From contig CAZWPQ010000010.1 of assembly GCA_964636085.1 (NCBI GenBank), forward strand, positions 36,151 through 53,753: a stretch of DNA of 17,603 nucleotides. Reading direction: 5' to 3'. The position numbers were made by a program, and so were the translations under genes. Positions 1-7,986 of this stretch are shown here, piece by piece; position 1 is the stretch's first letter; each line of letters opens with the position of its first letter. This stretch comes from an uncultured Nitrososphaerota archaeon. GTDB taxonomy: Archaea > Asgardarchaeota > Njordarchaeia > Njordarchaeales > Panguiarchaeaceae. A model generated the notes under the pieces. The model was not told the DNA's origin. It worked only from the letters and a program-made list of their open reading frames with translations, and searched no databases.

Positions 1-309
1 ATACGCATGCATAACGTTTGATAGTAATGAAACAAGTTCACGAATGAGGGGTTCACGCTCTGTATTCAGGTAGAAAATCCTGGCCTGGGACTGTAGCCAT
101 CTAACCAGCACTTGGGCATCTGCTACAAGACCCGAAATAGTGATAGCGATCTTATCAGTTATCTTATGGATTTTCTTGGCGCGTTTTGACACTATTAGTG
201 AACCTGCAGATGCTCTCTTATCTGCCGCTATAACGACTCCATTTTTAAAACATAAGCCAACAGTAGTGGTTCCATGGACAATTTTTTTATCGAGATCAAA
301 TTTCAACAT
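1..309 (-). CDS. psmB: 20S proteasome beta subunit, N-terminal part (runs off the window start; not in the ORF track)
   Basis: Manual translation from ATG at 309 gives MLKFDLDKKIVHG|TTTVGLCFKNGVVIAADKRASAGSLIVSKRAKKIHKITDKIAITISGLVADAQ. This has a 13-aa propeptide, the G|TTT autoprocessing site with catalytic Thr1, and the AADKR, KI and SG-x-x-AD motifs. The ATG overlaps the psmA stop (TAATG). Confidence 0.95.
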   Translation of the reverse strand, partial: MLKFDLDKKIVHGTTTVGLCFKNGVVIAADKRASAGSLIVSKRAKKIHKITDKIAITISGLVADAQVLVRWLQSQARIFYLNTEREPLIRELVSLLSNVMHAY

Positions 310-1127
310 TATTCACCTTCTTCTTCCTCTTCGCTTTCCTCCTCTTCTTCGCTTTCACCATGTTTCTTATACTTTGCTTTCCATTCATTAAACAAGTTTA
401 TTCCCTCCTCATAGAGAGTCTTAATATTAGAGGCATCGGCTGTTGTTATCACAGCTGGTTTATCCACCATGACATATCCCACTTCAATTTCTTCGGGACT
501 TGGAGGGCTACCAGATGATATGGATATAGCTGCAATAGCATATTTTATTGCATCTTCGAATGATATGCTGTTCTGCTTCTTTTCCTTAAATATAGACATT
601 AGAAACTCCTCTCCCGCAGGCGCGTTTCTTCCAATAATTCCAGCTCTCCAAGCTACCGTCGATCCGCCAGGATCATTGAAATAAAGTTTCGGCCCCGATA
701 AATCACTCCCTGCTATTATAATGGACACGCCTAGTGGCCGAAGTCCAGCGTAGAGCGTAGCCTGATGCATTATCGAGCTTACGTATCTTGCAATAAGGTA
801 TACATCCGGTTTCTCGCTTCCATAGACAAATCTTAACGTGGCGGCCTGATCACGTGCGAGTTCGACAAGAAAGATTCCATCGCTGCTATATCCTGCAAAC
901 GTCGCGACTATGTATTCATCTATTTGAAAAACTTTCCTATTTGGCATCAATAATGCAGTCATTTTTCTCTTCCCAGCAACCAGTGCACCATCCTTGAATA
1001 ATATTCCGCAACTAGGTGTTCCCTGCGATACGGCTCTTCGTGCATACAAAATCTGGAGGATTCTACCCCTTGGGTCGTACATAACTGGGGTTCTGTCATA
1101 TCCAGCACGTTCGGGTGGAACAAACAT
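309..1127 (-). CDS. psmA: 20S proteasome alpha subunit, divergent, with acidic C-terminal tail
   Basis: Gate motif YDR...P.GR..Q..YA, KVFQIDE, RPLGVS and DPGG are present. ATG 1127 is preferred over the track's GTG 1136 because AGGTG then acts as a Shine-Dalgarno (SD) site. Confidence 0.93.
   Translation of the reverse strand: MFVPPERAGYDRTPVMYDPRGRILQILYARRAVSQGTPSCGILFKDGALVAGKRKMTALLMPNRKVFQIDEYIVATFAGYSSDGIFLVELARDQAATLRFVYGSEKPDVYLIARYVSSIMHQATLYAGLRPLGVSIIIAGSDLSGPKLYFNDPGGSTVAWRAGIIGRNAPAGEEFLMSIFKEKKQNSISFEDAIKYAIAAISISSGSPPSPEEIEVGYVMVDKPAVITTADASNIKTLYEEGINLFNEWKAKYKKHGESEEEEESEEEEEGE
312..359 (-). repeat. Low-complexity Glu-rich coding repeat (GESEEEEESEEEEGE)
   Basis: TCTTCGCTTTC occurs at 328-338 and 346-356, an 18-nt period encoding ESEEEE. 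Confidence 0.7.
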
Positions 1128-1343
1128 TATGGACACCTGATTGTATAGTGTTGTTATTAATTACTTTGATACACCACACACTATCATAATTCTCCAAAAA
1201 CCTTTTTTAAAGCAGAGAGATTAAAGCTACTATGACCCTCAAAACTTATGGGATGTGTTTGTCTCAGAAAAATTGTGGATAGGAAAGTTTCTAGAGATAA
1301 ACCTTGTACTTTATACCCACAAGAGGATGCAGAAAGATAAATC

Positions 1344-1354
1344 AAAAAAAGAAA
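1344..1354 (-). terminator. Oligo-U terminator candidate for the 1362-3227 gene
   Basis: The minus strand reads TTTCTTTTTTT about 8-18 nt after the stop codon. Confidence 0.45.
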
Positions 1355-1361
1355 CTAAAGT

Positions 1362-3227
1362 TTATTCCTCATAGACGGCATAAAGATCTGCAATTCTTGC
1401 CTCTGGAACCCTGGCCTTAACTTTATATGAAACAACTTTGGATTCTCCTGGCGCAAAGCTCAATTTCCAACGCACTAGTACTCCACCCTCAGGCAAGATC
1501 TCAATAGATTCAGCTGGCGGGTTGATTGATCGTTCGTCGAGTTCAAAAGTCTCAGGAATTCTGTCCGTAAAGATATGTTGCGGGACGCCTATCTGTGATT
1601 CATTTATTATGGTTGCACGAACTTCGAACCATTCTTCCTCGACCTGCTCGACCTCCTTCTCGACGCTTATGAGGCGCTTTGCTAGTATTCCAGTTACTCT
1701 AGGTACTTCCTCGAGAGAGATTATTCTGGCTTTTCCACCAGGCACTTTTCTGAGTTCCGCGGTGGATCCAAAGTCATACTCTTTGCCCTCCTTAGGATCT
1801 ATTGATGTCATGCTATACTTGAGCCATACTCTCTCACCATTGACTAGTGGTTCGTCGAAGAAGTAACTAATGTTTGTTATTTTAACGACGAGGGTATTTT
1901 GCTCCTCTGGGATGCTGCCCTCTGGCTCTATCGTAATCTCGAGTATTTCGTCTGGAACTCTTGTTTCGCCTCGCTTGGATATGTAAACTTCAACTGCACC
2001 GGGTGGTGGTGGAGCTATATCCTCTGGTATGATATCGCGGATAACAATTTCATCAAGTCCAGCCGACCCTCCGCATTGAACCTCTGTGATGTTGGTAAGT
2101 CTCTCTTCGGCGTGAGCAGCTATTTGGTTAGGAGTTAATCCTGCATAGAATTCCTCATGGGCGACTTCGACCTTTCTAGTGATTGTACCCCAGACTACTG
2201 GAATTGGTATATCGCCAATCTTGCCTTTAGAAACTATTTTATAAGACACTTTTGGATGAATCGTGAATTTGAGTTCTTCTCTTATTTTTGGTTGTGCAGG
2301 ATTGCGTATGGTTATGGGTCCGAGTGTGCCTGTTTCCCCAGGCTGAATTGTTATTGGATCCAGCTTCACAATGTCATAAACTCTTATTCCCGGTGCTCGG
2401 CGTTCTATGGATCCCTTAATGGGTTTACCTCCCTCCACCTCCGTTAGGAGATCTCCTTCTCTTATCTCAATTAGTGCACCAACACTAATAGTTTCTTTCG
2501 AGTTATTGGTAACAATTATTGACACGTCCCAAATTCCTGGTGTTTCCAATCGCTCCTCCCTAACAATTCTCTTTGAGTGTTTTGGTATCCCAGTAATTGT
2601 TCCAAATTTTAGTCCGCTTAGGGTAGCATCTTCTGCGCTCCAAGAGTACTCAATGATTCCAGAGTTAAATGTCTCGACATCCTCGGGATGTACCGTTATA
2701 TCCACAGTCATTTTTGTTTCGCTTCCTCCATCCACGGATCCGTCTTTCCATGCGATTTTGTTATCTTCTTTAGCGAAAGATCCACTAGGGGCGGAGGGCT
2801 CAGTGGCGACTTTGAATGGTGCGGGCATTGTCTTGTTTATTGTGAAGGTAGCGGGAACCTCCATCTCGTTGGACACGCTGAATAGGATTTTCATAGAGAT
2901 AGGATCGCACTTGAGGGCAAAAGGCTCGGGTACTTCAGGAGGAAATTGAAGTTCTTCTACTATTTTGACGCCTAGAAATTCTTTTGTAACATCATATTCA
3001 ATTACTCTATCTTCTCCATCCTTTATGAAACCCAGAAATAGTTTAGGTTCAAGGTTTGTTCCTTCGAACCCTTTCAACTCAAGCTCGATGTCACTTAGAA
3101 CGCCTCCGGTCCTATTTTTGATTATTATTTTGCCCTTGGTTGCGACTCTAGGATTCTTAAATCCGTATTCAGCTTCGACCTCTTGTTCTTCGATAAACTC
3201 GATAAATAAACCTTCCTCAGCCGACAT
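1362..3227 (-). CDS. Acidic hypothetical protein with about five tandem Ig-like beta-sandwich (CARDB/DUF11-like) units and no signal peptide
   Basis: Long ORF rich in E/V/I/P, with repeated I-x-N and x-x-G-E-x5-Y motifs. ATG 3227 is preceded by an AGGTG SD (the track starts at GTG 3236). Confidence 0.75.
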   Translation of the reverse strand: MSAEEGLFIEFIEEQEVEAEYGFKNPRVATKGKIIIKNRTGGVLSDIELELKGFEGTNLEPKLFLGFIKDGEDRVIEYDVTKEFLGVKIVEELQFPPEVPEPFALKCDPISMKILFSVSNEMEVPATFTINKTMPAPFKVATEPSAPSGSFAKEDNKIAWKDGSVDGGSETKMTVDITVHPEDVETFNSGIIEYSWSAEDATLSGLKFGTITGIPKHSKRIVREERLETPGIWDVSIIVTNNSKETISVGALIEIREGDLLTEVEGGKPIKGSIERRAPGIRVYDIVKLDPITIQPGETGTLGPITIRNPAQPKIREELKFTIHPKVSYKIVSKGKIGDIPIPVVWGTITRKVEVAHEEFYAGLTPNQIAAHAEERLTNITEVQCGGSAGLDEIVIRDIIPEDIAPPPPGAVEVYISKRGETRVPDEILEITIEPEGSIPEEQNTLVVKITNISYFFDEPLVNGERVWLKYSMTSIDPKEGKEYDFGSTAELRKVPGGKARIISLEEVPRVTGILAKRLISVEKEVEQVEEEWFEVRATIINESQIGVPQHIFTDRIPETFELDERSINPPAESIEILPEGGVLVRWKLSFAPGESKVVSYKVKARVPEARIADLYAVYEE

Positions 3228-3267
3228 GGAATACACCTTTTATGTCAGACAATATTATAAATTATCT

Positions 3268-3275
3268 TTTATAAA
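3268..3275 (-). promoter_or_regulatory. TATA box candidate (TTTATAAA) for the Ig-repeat gene
   Basis: Matches the archaeal TTTAWAWA consensus 41-48 nt upstream of ATG 3227, leaving room for a short SD-containing leader. Confidence 0.5.
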
Positions 3276-3381
3276 TGGGGGCTTGCATGAAGTTGTAGTC
3301 GAATCAGCTTGCCAGAAACGATGTGTGAGTTTGTTAAAAATATATGATTTTTTAGCGGATTACTATAGTACGATATTGATA

Positions 3382-3435
3382 TCGATGATGATTAAACAGT
3401 CGACTGATCTGTGATGACCGCTGGAACTGCTGAGA
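3382..3435 (+). ncRNA. Archaeal C/D-box sRNA (2'-O-methylation guide)
   Basis: Box C ATGATGA (3385-3391), 12-nt guide TTAAACAGTCGA, box D' CTGA (3404-3407), TCT, box C' GTGATGA (3411-3417), 12-nt guide CCGCTGGAACTG, box D CTGA (3430-3433), and a short TC/GA terminal stem. All four boxes are perfect with canonical spacing, in an intergenic gap. Confidence 0.92.
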
Positions 3436-3443
3436 AAAAAATA

Positions 3444-4043
3444 CTATAATCCGATCGAAAGTTTAAATTCGTTCTTGATCTTGTCAATGAATTCTCGGAG
3501 GGCCTCTATATTTATCCATATGGGTTCAAGGGTTTCGCCACAAATGGGGCACTTGTATTCGGTTGTGTCGATTTCGGTTTCGAAAAAAAGTGCAACATCT
3601 TTTTTACAGTAGTACGCCATTTGTTCTATCTCGGCATGATCATATATGGCTTTCATAAGTGATAAAACATTAGAGAGTAGTTCCCTAAGGACCCTCTGTG
3701 CAGCAACCTCATCAACGGAGAATATGATCTCTATATACCGCCGTCTGTTTTTCATCCTTAATTGTTTTTCGCCAACGATATGAAGAAGCCCTGACGAGAG
3801 AAGTGATGATATTACGGCTCTACTATTGAGTAATGAAAGTCCGGTGAGTGAGGCAGCCGAGCTTTCAGAGATTCTGCCCCTAGAAAGTAATAAGGCCATG
3901 ATTGATTTTCCATAATTCCTTGCCTTTAAGTAGGCCAGTAGAAGAAATAGTCTTCTAAGCTTGTTTTTGGAGCGTATCTGGGAAATATCTTCTGACAAAA
4001 AAGGCACCAATGACTCAAAATTATTTCTTGGATTTCTCAACAC
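3444..4043 (-). CDS. tfe: Transcription factor E alpha (TFE/TFIIE-alpha)-like, divergent
   Basis: Winged-helix-like region (LLSRGRISESSAASLTGLSLLNSRAVISSLLSSGLL), then a helix, then the Zn ribbon YYCKKD...YKCPICGETL and a C-terminal amphipathic helix. This is the TFE architecture. The start is uncertain and overlaps the uS17 gene by 23 nt. Confidence 0.7.
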   Translation of the reverse strand: MLRNPRNNFESLVPFLSEDISQIRSKNKLRRLFLLLAYLKARNYGKSIMALLLSRGRISESSAASLTGLSLLNSRAVISSLLSSGLLHIVGEKQLRMKNRRRYIEIIFSVDEVAAQRVLRELLSNVLSLMKAIYDHAEIEQMAYYCKKDVALFFETEIDTTEYKCPICGETLEPIWINIEALREFIDKIKNEFKLSIGL

Positions 4044-4341
4044 TACAAACTACAAAATGCACAGTTTTAGATATTGGTCTGCATTCCCCAATATAGACAA
4101 TATCTCCAACCTTTGCATTTATGCAGGGGGGATTATGCGCATAAATTTTGCTGAATCGTTTTTCATACCTCTTATACTTCCTGTCGTATCTGACATAATC
4201 AATCCTAACAGTAACAGTTCTATGCATTTTATCGCTGATAACCACGCCCTTTAATATCCTTCCCCTAACACGGATCGAGCCGTGAAATGGACAGAGCTTA
4301 TCGTTACATGATTCCTTAGGCTCAGGGAATAGGCCAGCCAT
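4021..4341 (-). CDS. rps17p: 30S ribosomal protein uS17 (S17p)
   Basis: C.D..CPFHG.I.VRGR..G.V.SDKM.RTV.V...YKRYEKR.SKI.AHNPPCI...GD.V.IGECRPISKT matches the archaeal uS17 signature. Confidence 0.97.
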   Translation of the reverse strand: MAGLFPEPKESCNDKLCPFHGSIRVRGRILKGVVISDKMHRTVTVRIDYVRYDRKYKRYEKRFSKIYAHNPPCINAKVGDIVYIGECRPISKTVHFVVCSVEKSKK

Positions 4342-4479
4342 TTTTGCTCACTATTATCAATGCCACGAGATAAATTGTGAATAACCATATTTAAGTATCT
4401 TCATAAGTCATCCATAATCAGTTCTACCTATACATGTATTATTTTTTTATCATATTTATCCAGTAATAGGGGATGTTGA

Positions 4480-5895
4480 ATGCAAACAAAATATGGTCTT
4501 GGATATCAGACAGTATCTAATGTAGAGGGCTCGCTCTTAGTCCTTGAAAAGACGAAACCAGTAGGCTATAACGAACTGGTGGAGGTTACTTTACCTGATG
4601 GAACGGAATATCTCGGTAGTGTCATCGACACTACTCATAAATATGTTCTTGTCCAAGTTTTTGGAAGAAAAGAGGGCTTGGAAAGAAGAGCGAGAGTAAG
4701 GTTTACTGGTGAAACAATATCAATTCCGCTATCTGAGGATGTATTAGGCCGCGTTTTTAGTGGATCCTTTAAACCACGTGATAATCTTCCAGAGATAATA
4801 GGTGATGAGAAAAGAGAAATTTTTTACTCTGTAATAAATCCAGCAGCACGTGATCCTCCCAGCGAATTTATCCAGACGGGAGTGTCAATAATCGATTCTT
4901 GTCTGGCGTTAGTGAGAGGCCAAAAGTTACCAATATTTACCGTGTCTGGACTACCCCACAATATGCTACTAGCACAGATTGCAAGGCAGGCAACAATCCT
5001 AAAGAAGGGGAAAGAAGAGAAGGAAGAATTCGCAGTGGTATTTTGTGCAATGGGTTTAAGGTTTGAGGAGTATGAATTCTTTAGAAGAACATTTGAAGAA
5101 ACAGGTGCACTCCATAGGTCAGTTATGATACTTAATCTCGCAGATGATCCAGAGATAGAAAGAATAATAGCGCCAAGAATAGCATTGACAATAGCCGAAT
5201 ACCTAGCATTCGAACTAGACTATCATATACTTGTAATTTTGGGCGATATGTTATCATATGCGGAAGTATTGAGGATATTGTCAACGGCTAGGAGGGAGAT
5301 CCCTGCAAGGAAGGGATATCCAGGGTACCTTTATACAGATCTAGCAACGATATATGAGAGATGCGGAAAAATAAAAGGTAAAAAGGGCAGTATAACACTT
5401 ATGCCATACCTAACAATGCCAGGTGGCGATATGACGCACCCTGTTGTTGACTTGTCGGGTTATATAACGGAGGGACAGATAATTCTATCGCTTGATCTAA
5501 ATATGAGGGGAGTTTATCCTCCCGTAGATCTTTTGCCCTCACTTTCTCGTTTAGCTAAGGATGGTATAGGGAAAGGAAGAACAAGAGAAGATCATAAATA
5601 TGTTGCGGAACAACTTTATGCTGCCTATGCGGCGGGTGTAGAAGCTCGTGATCTCGCAAAAATAATTGGTGAGGGGGCTCTTAGTGATAGAGAGAGGGCC
5701 TATCTGCGTTTTGCCAATGAGTTTGAATTTAGGTTTGTAAATCAGGGTTACTTGGAGAATAGGCCCTTGGAAAGAACTCTTGAACTGGCGTGGGAATTGT
5801 TATCAATTTTGCCAGAAGGGGAGCTTATGCGAATTCCACCAGAGATCATTAAAAAGTATCATCCTGAATACAGAGGAAAATATCAGGGTACATAG
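4480..5895 (+). CDS. atpB: A/V-type ATP synthase subunit B
   Basis: Motifs [40 protein letters not shown] and PSLSRL (arginine finger). Confidence 0.96.
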   Translation: MQTKYGLGYQTVSNVEGSLLVLEKTKPVGYNELVEVTLPDGTEYLGSVIDTTHKYVLVQVFGRKEGLERRARVRFTGETISIPLSEDVLGRVFSGSFKPRDNLPEIIGDEKREIFYSVINPAARDPPSEFIQTGVSIIDSCLALVRGQKLPIFTVSGLPHNMLLAQIARQATILKKGKEEKEEFAVVFCAMGLRFEEYEFFRRTFEETGALHRSVMILNLADDPEIERIIAPRIALTIAEYLAFELDYHILVILGDMLSYAEVLRILSTARREIPARKGYPGYLYTDLATIYERCGKIKGKKGSITLMPYLTMPGGDMTHPVVDLSGYITEGQIILSLDLNMRGVYPPVDLLPSLSRLAKDGIGKGRTREDHKYVAEQLYAAYAAGVEARDLAKIIGEGALSDRERAYLRFANEFEFRFVNQGYLENRPLERTLELAWELLSILPEGELMRIPPEIIKKYHPEYRGKYQGT

Positions 5896-5927
5896 GAGTT
5901 ATCCAAATTTATTTTTATAGCTTCTAT

Positions 5928-7859
5928 CTACACAAGTGAGATTGTATCACCGTTTCTTGGGATGATAGTATTGACCCTTAATTCATGAAGGCTTCTAGCA
6001 AGCTCATGTATTTTTGGCGGATCTCCATGGACCAATACAACATTTCTAGGTTTGTTAGGTTGCATTTCATTGATGAATTTTACTAGCCCAGCATGGTCAC
6101 TATGTCCCGAGAATCCTCGTATACTGCGTACCTGCATTTTAATTGATAATTCACTAATTTTATCTCCATGGATAAACCTAATCGTTCTAGCACCCCTCTG
6201 TATTTGTCTACCTAGGGTCCCTGCGGCTTGGTAGCTTACAAATAGGAGTACATTATTGGGATCACCTACCAGATACTTGATAAATTCCATTATTGGCCCG
6301 CCTTGGAGCATTCCATTAGTGGAAATTATAATCGCTGGTTCCTTCCTATTGGCAACTTCAATTATTTCTTCTGGAGTCTCTACACTAATAAAATAGTCAG
6401 ACAAGAACGGATTAGTATCCTTGGATAAGATGAGGTGTTGGATCCTCTTGGAAAGGAATGAAGGGGAGGCAAGATGTATGCTGGTCGCCTCTTGTATCAT
6501 CCCAGCAGTATAAACATTTATTGGTTCAACCAGTTTTTTCTCTTCGAATATGTGCCAGAGCGTTATTAATAGCTCTTGTGCTCTCCCCACAGCGAAAGAT
6601 GGGATCAGGAGCTTCCCATCGTTCTTTATAATATGCTTAATAAGTCCAACAAGTTGATTCTCTGCTATATGTCTAGAGGGATGAAGGTCATTTTTTCCTC
6701 CATAGGTAGCTTCAAGAAATACGGTTTCTATTCTAGGAAAAACGTTGACACCAGCGTCGAGTAGTCTTGTGTTTGAGTACTTTATATCTGATGCGAAAGC
6801 AATGTTGTGAATACCCTCAGCAATATGTATATGCACTATAGCGCTCCCCAGTATATGCCCAGCATTATATAGTGTGAGTCTGATATCGGGCGCAATATCA
6901 TAAACCTTATCATAATCTAGAATAACACAATGTTTGAGAAATTCGTCAATATCGGAAATACTGTAGGGAGTTAAGTATCCCGAACGTATGCTTATATTTA
7001 CATAGTCCCTAAGCACCAAAACGGCGAGATATTTCGTCGGTTCTGTGCAATATGTGGGCCCTCTATATCCATACTTATATAAGTAGGGTACAAGTCCAAC
7101 ATGATCCATGTGGGCATGTGTGACAACAATGGCATCTAATTCTGATATGATGGAGCTGTTGAAGAAGTCAAAGTATGGGAAAAATTCATCACTTGAAAAT
7201 CTGAGCCCTGCATCCACCAGGATTTTACTCTCTTTTGTCTCGATAAGAAATGCGTTGCCCCCAACCTCCAAGCCAGAACCAAGTATTGTTACTCTAACCT
7301 TATTTTTCTTGAGGATATAAGTTCTGTATATTCGGTCGCCTACTCGTCTTAGGAACTGTTGGATGTCCTTATAATAAATTTGGTCAAACTTTCTGGAGTA
7401 ATGAATTATCTTTGAGTGTCGCGGTGGTGATCTCTTAATGACGGGTTCCCATCCTGTTCGCAAAATTATTTGTTCCCTAAGTTTGCCGCTCTTACCAATA
7501 ACAAGCCCAGGTTTCTTTGCCTCAATATAGACTTGTCCAGATAAGGGATTGAAAAAAATGTCAGTAAGTCCTGCCTCTTTAGGAATAATGCTCTTGATTA
7601 TTCTTCGTGCTTCTTCTTCGTTTTTTCTAACGTCCTCATCACTGCGAATTACAACCCTCAGCTTGTACTTTTTTGCGATCTCCTTGATTATATCCTTATT
7701 ATGGATAAGTATTTGTGGGTTCTTACAGTAAATTACTATAAATGGCCCCTCAAATTCCATGCGGGATATTATAGCCTCGGGCGGCAACTCTCTGGCAATA
7801 CTCGATAGTAGGTGTCTCCCATATCCAATGATCTTATCTAGCTCGGCCACGTGTGCCAT
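5928..7859 (-). CDS. fttA: aCPSF1/FttA, KH-KH + metallo-beta-lactamase + beta-CASP ribonuclease (transcription termination factor)
   Basis: N-terminal EFEGP and KPGLVIGKSG KH domains; THAHMDH, AGHILGSA, EATYGG, FAVGRAQE, GFSGHSD and LVHGD motifs. A GGAGG SD lies upstream. Confidence 0.96.
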   Translation of the reverse strand: MAHVAELDKIIGYGRHLLSSIARELPPEAIISRMEFEGPFIVIYCKNPQILIHNKDIIKEIAKKYKLRVVIRSDEDVRKNEEEARRIIKSIIPKEAGLTDIFFNPLSGQVYIEAKKPGLVIGKSGKLREQIILRTGWEPVIKRSPPRHSKIIHYSRKFDQIYYKDIQQFLRRVGDRIYRTYILKKNKVRVTILGSGLEVGGNAFLIETKESKILVDAGLRFSSDEFFPYFDFFNSSIISELDAIVVTHAHMDHVGLVPYLYKYGYRGPTYCTEPTKYLAVLVLRDYVNISIRSGYLTPYSISDIDEFLKHCVILDYDKVYDIAPDIRLTLYNAGHILGSAIVHIHIAEGIHNIAFASDIKYSNTRLLDAGVNVFPRIETVFLEATYGGKNDLHPSRHIAENQLVGLIKHIIKNDGKLLIPSFAVGRAQELLITLWHIFEEKKLVEPINVYTAGMIQEATSIHLASPSFLSKRIQHLILSKDTNPFLSDYFISVETPEEIIEVANRKEPAIIISTNGMLQGGPIMEFIKYLVGDPNNVLLFVSYQAAGTLGRQIQRGARTIRFIHGDKISELSIKMQVRSIRGFSGHSDHAGLVKFINEMQPNKPRNVVLVHGDPPKIHELARSLHELRVNTIIPRNGDTISLV

Positions 7860-7949
7860 TTTCTAATTTCTCCTCCCAATTAGAAAGTTAAACCTAGAAT
7901 GGCCATACATAATGCTTATTGACCATCATAAAACATAGCAAAATAGTAG

Positions 7950-7957
7950 TATATAAA
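7950..7957 (-). promoter_or_regulatory. TATA box candidate (TTTATATA) for aCPSF1
   Basis: Consensus archaeal TATA in the gatD-aCPSF1 gap, about 90 nt upstream of the ATG. Confidence 0.4.
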
Positions 7958-7986
7958 GGTTTCTATAGACCTATACATTATTTTAC

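Noticed and set aside
1145-1184. ATAGTGT...ACACTAT inverted repeat upstream of psmA
   Set aside because: Only 7 bp with a 26-nt spacer in AT-rich DNA, which is compatible with chance.
1362-1380. HbYX proteasome-docking motif at the C-terminus of the Ig-repeat protein
   Set aside because: It ends V-Y-E-E, so the Tyr is not penultimate.
2965-3414. 149-aa plus-strand ORF
   Set aside because: It is an antisense shadow of the Ig-repeat gene that runs into the C/D sRNA, with no protein motif.
4390-4460. Second C/D-like pattern on the minus strand (CTGA-TTA-TGGATGA-12 nt-CTTA)
   Set aside because: Box D is degenerate and no box C lies at proper spacing. The region is more simply the divergent uS17/atpB promoter.
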